Below are positions 19,144 through 25,834 of a stretch of 29,292 nt of DNA, piece after piece. The notes beneath the pieces were generated by a model. The model made no database searches. It was given only the letters and a program-made list of their open reading frames with translations, and was not told the origin of the DNA. The stretch spans positions 1-29,292 of the IMG/VR virus record IMGVR_UViG_3300036857_000070; one strand, 5' to 3'. A program made the translations under genes and the position numbers. The stretch comes from a virus. Lineage: Duplodnaviria; Caudoviricetes. Every line of letters starts with the position of its first letter. The stretch's first letter is position 1.

Positions 19144-19722
19144 TCACGACAGGGTCACGGACCCAGTTAACGTCCATGTTCCGGTAGCTTTCGTTCCTAG
19201 GGTTGCGACTTTCCGGTTTAGGTTAGTAGTGCCTACGGTAAAACCTGCTCCCGAGGCACTGGTAGCTCCTGCACTAATTGTCCACTCATTCCAAGCGTAA
19301 TTAGCTTCGCTTGTTGTAAAATCGCTTTGCCAACTTACCGTCTGCGAACTTCGGCTCGGGAACGTTGCGTTCATGGCTTTATAGAACTTGTTTGTACTTG
19401 CCTGTAGGTCAGTCTGGCTAGCAGCTTCGGCAGTGCTCGAATCACCAACGCCAATGTAACTATTAGCGTTATTGTATGCAACACCGCCGGCTGCGATTAG
19501 GAGGTCCTCAAGCCTCTGGATACCTTCGTTTAGGAGCAAGTTCCCATGTACATGGTCAATACTAAGGTCAGGCTTACCTGCAACCTCCCGGAGTAAAGAA
19601 CTCCCCACAGGAGTGTTCTTAGGGAGGTGGGTCTTTGCACGTACAAACTCACATGCCTCTTCGGACCATTTCTCACAGGTCCAAAGTACGTCCTCATTGA
19701 GAGCTTCAATAAGGGTTTTCAT
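19144..19722 (-). CDS. Putative virion structural protein
   Basis: 192 aa; NLLLNEG...YIGVGDSSTAEAASQTDL...EANYAWNEW resembles N-terminal modules of phage tail/collar-fibre proteins. Confidence 0.7.
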   Translation of the reverse strand: MKTLIEALNEDVLWTCEKWSEEACEFVRAKTHLPKNTPVGSSLLREVAGKPDLSIDHVHGNLLLNEGIQRLEDLLIAAGGVAYNNANSYIGVGDSSTAEAASQTDLQASTNKFYKAMNATFPSRSSQTVSWQSDFTTSEANYAWNEWTISAGATSASGAGFTVGTTNLNRKVATLGTKATGTWTLTGSVTLS

Positions 19723-19976
19723 TCTGTTACACCCTTCCCTTCATCAAAACCTAGTACGTTCCTATCGCTAGTTGCGGGTGTAGTAGGTAGAGGGTCAATG
19801 TCTAGTGGTGCATTTAGGTCCAGTGAGATAGCACCTTGTGTTAAAAGAGCCTGGACGTCATCTTCTGTCTGACCACCCTGGGTAAGTTCCTCATCGGTAA
19901 TGATGTCTCCTGGTGCTTTCTTGATATCCAAGAACGGCAAGTTAACGTACGTAAGTGCCTTGTATTCATTGTTCAT
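19719..19976 (-). CDS. Hypothetical 85-aa acidic protein
   Basis: Coupled overlaps; PGDIITDEEL...LLTQGAI small domain. Confidence 0.72.
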   Translation of the reverse strand: MNNEYKALTYVNLPFLDIKKAPGDIITDEELTQGGQTEDDVQALLTQGAISLDLNAPLDIDPLPTTPATSDRNVLGFDEGKGVTE

Positions 19977-20326
19977 GGAGTGCTGTCTCTTAAGTGGGGG
20001 TTTTCGTCTTGGTTTTTGGGTTCAGTAAGTTCGGTTAGTAACTTGGAGAATGGATCATCTGCACTGGTAGATTCCTTGAAATACCAGTTAAATGCGAAAG
20101 AGATCGCTTTCAATCGTGCAGTATCACTATCGCCTGTCCGAGCAATCAGGATTAGATCGTCTACAAAGCCTGGTAATGCTCGTGCGATCTTTGTTTCGAT
20201 TAATTTCCTTACGGTATCTGGAGTGTTGTCTGATTCGATGACTTCATGTTCTTGTCGGATAGCTTCTTCGTAGCCTCCGACTTTGTTAATGAAACTCTCG
20301 AACTCGTCTTTCTTTTCTTCAGGCAT
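19973..20326 (-). CDS. First gene of the late operon; possible terminase small subunit
   Basis: Strong GAAAGGAGG RBS; 117-aa helical protein with ALPGFVDDL..IA..GDSDTARLKA. The terS role is inferred from size and position only. Confidence 0.5.
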   Translation of the reverse strand: MPEEKKDEFESFINKVGGYEEAIRQEHEVIESDNTPDTVRKLIETKIARALPGFVDDLILIARTGDSDTARLKAISFAFNWYFKESTSADDPFSKLLTELTEPKNQDENPHLRDSTP

Positions 20327-20347
20327 GGGGCCTCCTTTCGTTTCGGG

Positions 20348-20412
20348 ATTATATAGGGTGATCAGGCTCGATATTTGGTTTAAAGTATAGATTTAAATGT
20401 CTGTTAATATTT
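20348..20412 (-). promoter_or_regulatory. Two tandem putative late promoters, AAATAT-N17-TATA(A/C)T
   Basis: On the minus strand: AAATAT(20412-20407)-17-TATACT(20389-20384) and AAATAT(20376-20371)-17-TATAAT(20353-20348). Confidence 0.6.
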
Positions 20413-20619
20413 TCTTACAGTGCTGCCGGCCGATACCCCCGTCGAAGCATCCTTAGCCTCTCTAAGCTCGCCGATGGCCGGGGGGTAGTTTTGTACGGTC
20501 TAGGGGGTGCATGACGTTAGCGTGGCTTACATGGGCTCCCAGGGGGTACTCAGGGGTGCGCCGCGCCCCCGCGCATACGCGAGCACCCTGGCAGGGTCTG
20601 ACGGGGGGTCGGGGCGTGT

Positions 20620-20975
20620 GATTGACTACCGGCGATGACCACGAACGGACAGCGCGAACAGCGCGGGGGAGGGAATGCCTAGACGGCACATGACGTAGAC
20701 ACCTAGTGCGCTTGCAACGCACTAGGCACAAGGGAAGCGGACGACGGCACGCTAAGCGGAGTACTCGCCTAGGTACCTATCGGACGCATCACCGGACAGC
20801 GGAAACGGCTAACACCCGGACGCGGAGTACCTACGCAACGTAGGGAAGCGTGAACAGCTACCGAGTGATGCGAGTCAACCGAGAGGGAGGCAAGCGGGGG
20901 AACGTGAGACAGCGAAGTAGTGGCGAGGGCGCCCGGACGCGAATTCAACCCACACAACCCTCGTGAGAGGGTTGC
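20620..20975 (+). ncRNA. Candidate structured non-coding RNA or long structured leader
   Basis: No ORF with an RBS; several nested helices and a GNRA-capped hairpin. Boundaries are approximate. Confidence 0.4.
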
Positions 20976-21010
20976 TAACGAGAGGGATGCATAGGGCATC
21001 CCTCCGCTAC
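20970..21010. repeat. Left inverted repeat / hairpin flanking the 132-aa gene
   Basis: 20970-20987 is the reverse complement of 21445-21462, and 20999-21010 of 21418-21429. Confidence 0.9.
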
Positions 21011-21022
21011 CGAAAGGGAAGC

Positions 21023-21421
21023 ATGAGCACCGAGAACAACACGGAGAGCACCCCCGTCACGCTGGCAGAGATGCTCAAGGCGTCGGGATTCACTATGAAG
21101 TCGGGTAAGTCCCGTCTGACGTACGGTTCGGACGTGGCGAACGTGTTCACGGACGCGAAGGTGCAGGACGTCATCGTCATCGGCACGGAGGCGACGGACG
21201 ATTACGTGGAGAAGCTCGCGAAGATGGCAGACTCGTTCGCGGGTCTGGTCATCCTGCGCGGGACGGACAGCACGGCGTCGATCAAGGCGCACCTTGCGAG
21301 GATCGGAAAGACCCGCAACGTGGCGTGGACTGATAAGTCCATGAGCACGGCGCAGGGTGTCCCGGAGGGTGACGTGAACAACGTGGACATGGCTGTCCAC
21401 GTCACGCGCAAGGGCGCGTAG
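21023..21421 (+). CDS. Hypothetical 132-aa early protein with high-GC codon usage
   Basis: ATG 21023 (MSTENNTES) follows GAAAGGGAAG; strong G/C bias at third codon positions. Confidence 0.85.
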   Translation: MSTENNTESTPVTLAEMLKASGFTMKSGKSRLTYGSDVANVFTDAKVQDVIVIGTEATDDYVEKLAKMADSFAGLVILRGTDSTASIKAHLARIGKTRNVAWTDKSMSTAQGVPEGDVNNVDMAVHVTRKGA

Positions 21422-21462
21422 CGGAGGGAGGGAGTCATCATGACTCCCTCTCGTTAGCAACC
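21418..21462. repeat. Right inverted repeat / hairpin flanking the 132-aa gene
   Basis: Inverted copy of 20970-21010, with its own 10-bp stem GAGGGAGTCA/TGACTCCCTC. Confidence 0.9.
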
Positions 21463-21478
21463 TAGAGAGGGAGGGAAC

Positions 21479-21829
21479 ATGCGAAAGAGTAAGACTCGCC
21501 TAACGTTGCGGAATGTCGCGCAACGGAGCGAACCTAAGACTGTCCTAGTAGACAGCGCGGATGATCCTAGTTCGCGCAAGCTAGGCGTGAGCGCAGGGCA
21601 TCGCGCAGGCAAGCGTAAGCGCGGGGTGTCCGTAACTAAGCGGCAACCGCGCGAGACTACGCGCGTAATCACTTACGACATCATCGGATCGGACGGTAAC
21701 GTAGCGATCTTTGACGTACATACGGTTACGCGCACGGTCACGCCCGAACAACGCGCCCTGGCGGGCGTGTACCACGATAGGCCGCTAACACGCGCGGAAG
21801 CTATGCGGCGAATGATGAACGGGGAGTAA
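21479..21829 (+). CDS. Hypothetical basic 116-aa protein
   Basis: GAGGGAGGG RBS; Arg/Lys-rich. Confidence 0.7.
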   Translation: MRKSKTRLTLRNVAQRSEPKTVLVDSADDPSSRKLGVSAGHRAGKRKRGVSVTKRQPRETTRVITYDIIGSDGNVAIFDVHTVTRTVTPEQRALAGVYHDRPLTRAEAMRRMMNGE

Positions 21830-21845
21830 CATCCCCGTTCATCAT
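21812..21845 (+). terminator. Perfect 14-bp hairpin (terminator without a U-tract, or processing stem)
   Basis: ATGATGAACGGGGA-gtaaca-TCCCCGTTCATCAT, spanning the stop codon. Confidence 0.55.
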
Positions 21846-21887
21846 CGGCCGGCGTTGCCTGGTCGCGCCGGCTGTCGCCTGGCCATC

Positions 21888-21935
21888 GTTACTGAACAAT
21901 AGGGAAGAAAAGTTTTCTCCCTATCGTGGAGTAAC
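21888..21935 (+). other. Long intergenic hairpin before an RBS (divergent member of the early-region hairpins)
   Basis: GTTACT...ATAGGGAAGAAA-ag-TTTTCTCCCTAT...AGTAAC. Confidence 0.6.
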
Positions 21936-21964
21936 TCTGATGGAATGAAAGGGCGGTGAAATTA

Positions 21965-22141
21965 ATGGAAAGCGAATTTCTCGTTAATTTTTGTGCAAGT
22001 CAACTGGCATCGAGGTTGGAAAACTTCAATGACAGCAAGGCGATCATCTTCACTTGCTTTAATACAGAACAGCGCCAAATCGGTTTCAAGGTTGGCAACC
22101 AAGAGTTCACAATCGAAATCAATGTCAAGGAGGCATCATGA
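21965..22141 (+). CDS. Hypothetical protein (58 aa)
   Basis: ATG 21965 follows AAAGGGCGGTGA. Confidence 0.7.
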   Translation: MESEFLVNFCASQLASRLENFNDSKAIIFTCFNTEQRQIGFKVGNQEFTIEINVKEAS

Positions 22142-22209
22142 GGTACTGGATCATCCTGTATACGCTCGCGTTTTCGGAACTGGGTATCGAATACCTTTAT
22201 CACTGGTAG
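22138..22209 (+). CDS. Small hydrophobic peptide (23 aa)
   Basis: MRYWIILYTLAFSELGIEYLYHW*; AAGGAGG RBS and ATGA overlap. Confidence 0.6.
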   Translation: MRYWIILYTLAFSELGIEYLYHW

Positions 22210-22256
22210 TACAGATGAAAAGCTTTCCCACAGGAGAGCTTTTCGCCGGTACTATC
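22205..22256 (+). repeat. Early-region hairpin element (related member)
   Basis: Outer stem GGTAGTAC/GTACTATC and inner stem GAAAAGCTTTCC/GGAGAGCTTTTC; contains the upstream TAG and is followed by GAAAGGAGG. Confidence 0.75.
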
Positions 22257-22276
22257 GAATAGTGAAAGGAGGGAGC

Positions 22277-22456
22277 ATGGACAATCGTGGAATTGCAGTG
22301 CATGGTTTACTGATCAATACCGAACTTAAGCAGAATCCGTTCGGTTTGGCTTTGCACCGTGCAGGTCGGGATTTGTTGTTCAAGGAGCGTGTTCGACAGG
22401 CTGCGATCCTTAACCGTCAGTTCGCAGCGTTCGTCAAATTCCGCCCGACTTTCTAA
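22277..22456 (+). CDS. Hypothetical protein (59 aa)
   Basis: ATG 22277 follows GAAAGGAGGG. Confidence 0.75.
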   Translation: MDNRGIAVHGLLINTELKQNPFGLALHRAGRDLLFKERVRQAAILNRQFAAFVKFRPTF

Positions 22457-22457
22457 G

Positions 22458-22490
22458 AAAACTGGGGACTCCGCATAGTCCCCAGTTTTT
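22458..22490 (+). terminator. Intrinsic terminator
   Basis: AAAACTGGGGACT-ccgcat-AGTCCCCAGTTTTT directly after a stop codon. Confidence 0.85.
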
Positions 22491-22754
22491 AAAGCTTTTT
22501 AGTTACCGGTAAATGGTTTTGGATAGGTTTTAAAGTTTTCTATTTATTGATAAAAAGAGTGGTAAAGAAATTGTATGCTTACAATCCATTTACCACCACA
22601 GGGGGGGTCTTTTTCACGGCCCCGAAAACCGGGTAAATTGAAAACGGCTCAACCAAGCCGTTTCTCTACTATTTATCTGATAACTATTTGTGTGTAGTGT
22701 GTGATATGAGGCATCTTTTTTCCACTATATTTCTTAAAGTATTGAAAACTGATG

Positions 22755-22768
22755 CGAACAAGTGTTCG
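22755..22768. promoter_or_regulatory. LexA (Gram-positive type SOS) box
   Basis: CGAAC-AAGT-GTTCG is an exact match to CGAAC-RNRY-GTTCG, in a non-coding gap of about 450 bp. Confidence 0.6.
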
Positions 22769-22939
22769 TGAGCCTCGGCCTAATCCTTAACAGTTTCCGA
22801 ACAACTCTCCCACTGTTCACCCGCTGCAAAACACTGTTTAAGCTGTTTTCTGATAAGTGGTGTGCCCACCACGATTCCAAATCAACACTGTCGGCACACT
22901 AGTTACCAGTAAATAGTTAAATAGAAAGGAGGTGAAACC

Positions 22940-23164
22940 ATGACAAATACCCACAATTCCGAATTCCACCTAGATCGCTGCGGAGTCTGCAATTTCCCGA
23001 CGTGGACTTTCGACCTCAAGACTCCTACCGTTTGTTCAACTTGTGCGATGATCGCAACGGACACCAACTACCCTGACGGATCAAAGCCGACCTTGAGCAA
23101 CCGTGACAACCCTAACCTGACAGTCGCGATCATCAAGGAACGCTACGCGGCGCTCCTGGTATAA
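22940..23164 (+). CDS. Hypothetical zinc-ribbon protein
   Basis: CGVC...CSTC; GAAAGGAGGTG RBS. Confidence 0.8.
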   Translation: MTNTHNSEFHLDRCGVCNFPTWTFDLKTPTVCSTCAMIATDTNYPDGSKPTLSNRDNPNLTVAIIKERYAALLV

Positions 23165-23219
23165 TGGGGGACGCGGCGAACGATAAATACCGAGAACTTA
23201 GAAAGGAGGGTAAACCAAC

Positions 23220-23363
23220 ATGTACCCGAAGCTGAACAACAAGAACCGCAACGGAGTTATCGCAACCGGCGGTGGACTGAACGTGACGTACCGCATTTTT
23301 GAGCTGACGATGGAGGGAGCGATCTGCTTTAACTGCGGCAACTACGTGATCGTTTATCGGTAG
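23220..23363 (+). CDS. Hypothetical protein (47 aa)
   Basis: MYPKLNNKNRNG...CFNCGNYVIVYR*; GAAAGGAGG RBS. Confidence 0.7.
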   Translation: MYPKLNNKNRNGVIATGGGLNVTYRIFELTMEGAICFNCGNYVIVYR

Positions 23364-23410
23364 TAGAAAATCCCTACCGCGAATACATGGTAGGGGTTTT
23401 GTACTACCGA
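23357..23410 (+). repeat. Early-region hairpin element, core member 1
   Basis: TCGGTAGTA-G-AAAATCCCTACC...GGTAGGGGTTTT-G-TACTACCGA, then AAGGAG. Confidence 0.9.
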
Positions 23411-23421
23411 AAGGAGCGAAA

Positions 23422-23601
23422 GTGTGGTGTGTAAGACTAGCCAAGCCGCTACCTGGCGTTAGAAGCGAAATCTTTGTGTTTTTTAGTGAACTTGAGGCTG
23501 AAGAGTTCGCTTCGTGCATCCATGCAAAGTTCGACAATGCCGAAACCGAAAGCGGCATTGTTGGTGATCCGACAGAAGTTTTCGAGAACTGGAGCATGTA
23601 A
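23422..23601 (+). CDS. Hypothetical acidic protein (59 aa)
   Basis: GTG follows GAAAGGAG; MWCVRLAKPLPG...FENWSM*; TAATG overlap with the next gene. Confidence 0.7.
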   Translation: MWCVRLAKPLPGVRSEIFVFFSELEAEEFASCIHAKFDNAETESGIVGDPTEVFENWSM

Positions 23602-23807
23602 TGCAGGTACAGCAAGGACGATACTACTTCTCGTCAAATGTCCCATATGTGGGGCAGGTGTTTTATGACAAGTTGCTTGACGGGAAGATCCACAAGTGTG
23701 AGTTGATCGAGAAATATACCGGCAATGATTGCTGGCGTGCAAAGGTGATTGATGATCACGGTGGATACAAGAAAGGTGCAACCTTCCTGACCAACCCCAC
23801 CTTCTAG
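23601..23807 (+). CDS. Hypothetical protein (68 aa)
   Basis: Coupled start with a GGAG RBS. Confidence 0.75.
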   Translation: MQVQQGRYYFSSNVPYVGQVFYDKLLDGKIHKCELIEKYTGNDCWRAKVIDDHGGYKKGATFLTNPTF

Positions 23808-23816
23808 AGAGGAAAC

Positions 23817-23981
23817 ATGGCAACTCCACAGAGAATCAGAAGTCGCAGAAACGAGTTCCGCAACGGGCACTCTGTCAAGTGCTACAAGATGTACACCGAC
23901 GGTTATTCCAAGAACTACAGCGTCTGCACTTGCGACAAGAACAACACCGCACCAAAGCCGACCAAGAAGAACGTGAAGTAA
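23817..23981 (+). CDS. Hypothetical basic protein (54 aa) with HxxxC...CxC
   Basis: MATPQRIRSRR...GHSVKC...VCTCDK...; GAGGA RBS. Confidence 0.7.
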   Translation: MATPQRIRSRRNEFRNGHSVKCYKMYTDGYSKNYSVCTCDKNNTAPKPTKKNVK

Positions 23982-23982
23982 T

Positions 23983-24192
23983 ATGGCTCAGGGGTTGAGA
24001 TACAACGACGAAGTAGAAATCCTCTTTAACTCAGAGGATGCTGCACCGTACGCTCTCTTCGGAAAGTATCGTTCCCAAGACGAAGAATATGTCAGGATCA
24101 TCGGCACTCATGGTGATTCGACAAACAAGGAAGTTTTTGTTCCTAAGCGCAACATCAAGATGATTACCGTACTCCAAAGAGCGAGAGACTAG
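23983..24192 (+). CDS. Hypothetical protein (69 aa, small beta-barrel pattern)
   Basis: In the ORF track; tightly packed with its neighbours. Confidence 0.72.
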   Translation: MAQGLRYNDEVEILFNSEDAAPYALFGKYRSQDEEYVRIIGTHGDSTNKEVFVPKRNIKMITVLQRARD

Positions 24193-24238
24193 ATAGTAGA
24201 AGATCCCACGGGTTTCTCCTGTGGGGTTTTGTACTATC
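24192..24238 (+). repeat. Early-region hairpin element, core member 2
   Basis: GATAGTA-G-AAGATCCCACGGG-tttct-CCTGTGGGGTTTT-G-TACTATC, then GAAAGGAG. Confidence 0.9.
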
Positions 24239-24256
24239 AACCCGAAAGGAGCAATC

Positions 24257-24754
24257 ATAAACGATACCGAAACGAGCTTGACCGAAGTTCAGAAGATGCA
24301 AGGTCGCCTTGAGGAGCACTTTGCTAAGGAACGGACTGTTGCCCAGTGGCACATCGAGCTTCACGAAGCTACTGGTTACGAACTGCCTTACCTTGGCAAC
24401 GATACATGGATCACCTGCAATGTTTGGGTGTACCCAGAAGAAGGCGATTCTTACGTCGATGAGGATGAGACGGTCAAGAAGCTCGCAACTGCTCTAAATT
24501 ACGCTGTATCGCGTGGTTACGAAGTCGAGAAGAAGTACGATGACAATTACTTCAGGATCATCGTTATGATCTCGACTGAGCCATGGATCAGAATTACCTA
24601 CAACGCGGATCGCAAGGTCGTTTGTGTTCCGAAGGTTGTAGGTCAGAAGCTCGTCCCTGCTTCAACTGTTGTAGTGGAGGAGCACGTAGAAGATATCATC
24701 GAATGGGAGTGTGAAAAGCTCTCGTTCATGAAGGTAGCAACAGACAGGGACTAG
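24257..24754 (+). CDS. Hypothetical acidic protein (about 165 aa) with an apparent ATA start
   Basis: Long open frame; the RBS GAAAGGAGCAATC is followed by an in-frame ATA at 24257. Confidence 0.72.
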   Translation: MNDTETSLTEVQKMQGRLEEHFAKERTVAQWHIELHEATGYELPYLGNDTWITCNVWVYPEEGDSYVDEDETVKKLATALNYAVSRGYEVEKKYDDNYFRIIVMISTEPWIRITYNADRKVVCVPKVVGQKLVPASTVVVEEHVEDIIEWECEKLSFMKVATDRD

Positions 24755-24814
24755 AAGATCCCCCACAGGGGATATATTTGCGGTCTATCCTCTGTGGGGG
24801 GTTTTGTATTCCTT
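24746..24814 (+). repeat. Early-region hairpin element, core member 3
   Basis: AGGGACTA-G-AAGATCCCCCACAGGGGA...TCCTCTGTGGGGGGTTTT-G-TATTCCTT, then AAGGAAGGAGGTG. Confidence 0.85.
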
Positions 24815-24834
24815 AAGGAAGGAGGTGATTAGAT

Positions 24835-24978
24835 ATGCCAAAGACAAAGGATCAAAAGCGCGCTGAGGCTGCACATCGTGGATCATTGCACGCATCACGC
24901 ACGAATGAGCAGCAACTCGCGATCATCAAGAATCGTCGCGGTAATTCCGCGAAAGAGGTTGCACGTCTTTCAAAGTAG
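24835..24978 (+). CDS. Hypothetical basic protein (47 aa)
   Basis: MPKTKDQKRAEA...QQLAIIKNRRGNSAKEVARLSK*; AGGAGGTG RBS. Confidence 0.75.
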   Translation: MPKTKDQKRAEAAHRGSLHASRTNEQQLAIIKNRRGNSAKEVARLSK

Positions 24979-25019
24979 TTAACGGAGCATCCTTATTTAG
25001 GATGCTCTACTAACAACTA
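24976..25019 (+). other. Intergenic hairpin between a TAG stop and an RBS (divergent member)
   Basis: GAGCATCCT/AGGATGCTC core with TAGTT/AACTA outer arms, then GAAAGGAGG. Confidence 0.65.
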
Positions 25020-25034
25020 GGAAAGGAGGTGAAG

Positions 25035-25670
25035 ATGTCTTGGCTTGAAGATCATCTAGAGAACTTCGTATTGCCACAGATAAGCAGCGAAGGTCAACCC
25101 TTCGACAACTTGCAACCACTCGGATACTTTAGGTCGGAAGAATTAACGATCATAAAGAACCAGTGGAGAGCAGTTAAAAGGTCTGCCGAAGGAAGAACTA
25201 TCTTGCTTCCTGGACGAGATGTATTTGTGTTCGAGATCCTCGCCAGAAGGGAAGATTACCCTACGATATTCATGCCAGAGTGTTCAAGAATGACTGTGCA
25301 TGAGATAGCCAAGACAATCGACAAAGAACTGTTCTTGTTTGATACAGGGTTTGCTGGAAGTATCCCAAGAGGACTAGGCATCCAAACGTTCAAGCTAATG
25401 TCCTACAGGGATATGACCAACAATGTTGCAGTTCAAGTCTTTCCTCGACTAAGCTTTAGTCGAGGATTAGCTTTGAAGATCGAAGCTAGTCCGAAGTACT
25501 GGGAGAGTGGAAGAATCGTAGACGATTGCGTACTACAACCATTCTCCCATCACTATGAGTTCTTGAATGCAGCAAGACTCACAATCGAAGTCTACAAGAA
25601 CTCAGCACCTAAGTTCATCAAGAAGCATCATCCGATGAGAAGGGAGGGAATACCACCATGGATGTGGTAG
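25035..25670 (+). CDS. Hypothetical enzyme-like protein (PGRD and DTGFAGSI motifs)
   Basis: GAAAGGAGGTG RBS. The motifs recall the ARDG / DxGxxG[ST] pattern in C-terminal domains of HAD-associated proteins; function not established. Confidence 0.6.
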   Translation: MSWLEDHLENFVLPQISSEGQPFDNLQPLGYFRSEELTIIKNQWRAVKRSAEGRTILLPGRDVFVFEILARREDYPTIFMPECSRMTVHEIAKTIDKELFLFDTGFAGSIPRGLGIQTFKLMSYRDMTNNVAVQVFPRLSFSRGLALKIEASPKYWESGRIVDDCVLQPFSHHYEFLNAARLTIEVYKNSAPKFIKKHHPMRREGIPPWMW

Positions 25671-25834
25671 CTAAGGCAAAGAGACGTATCAAGCGTTTTC
25701 TTGCCACGGGCGAGCATCAAGCTCGTGTGCATGAAACGCAGTGGCCGAACATCTTGGAATACAAAGTGAAGCATCACTCCGCTTCCTTGATGTTCAAAGC
25801 AGACAAGCTAGGAAGACTTCGCCAAATTATTTAA
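25658..25834 (+). CDS. Hypothetical basic protein (58 aa)
   Basis: MDVVAKAKRRIKRF...; AGGGAGGG RBS. Confidence 0.6.
   Translation: MDVVAKAKRRIKRFLATGEHQARVHETQWPNILEYKVKHHSASLMFKADKLGRLRQII

Noticed and set aside
74-20273. Many plus-strand ORFs in the track across the virion operon
   Set aside because: They are antisense shadows of tightly coupled minus-strand genes, without RBSs or recognisable motifs.
20462-21775. Minus-strand ORFs in the GC-rich block
   Set aside because: Expected from stop-codon scarcity at high GC; the plus-strand ORFs have the RBSs and the codon bias.
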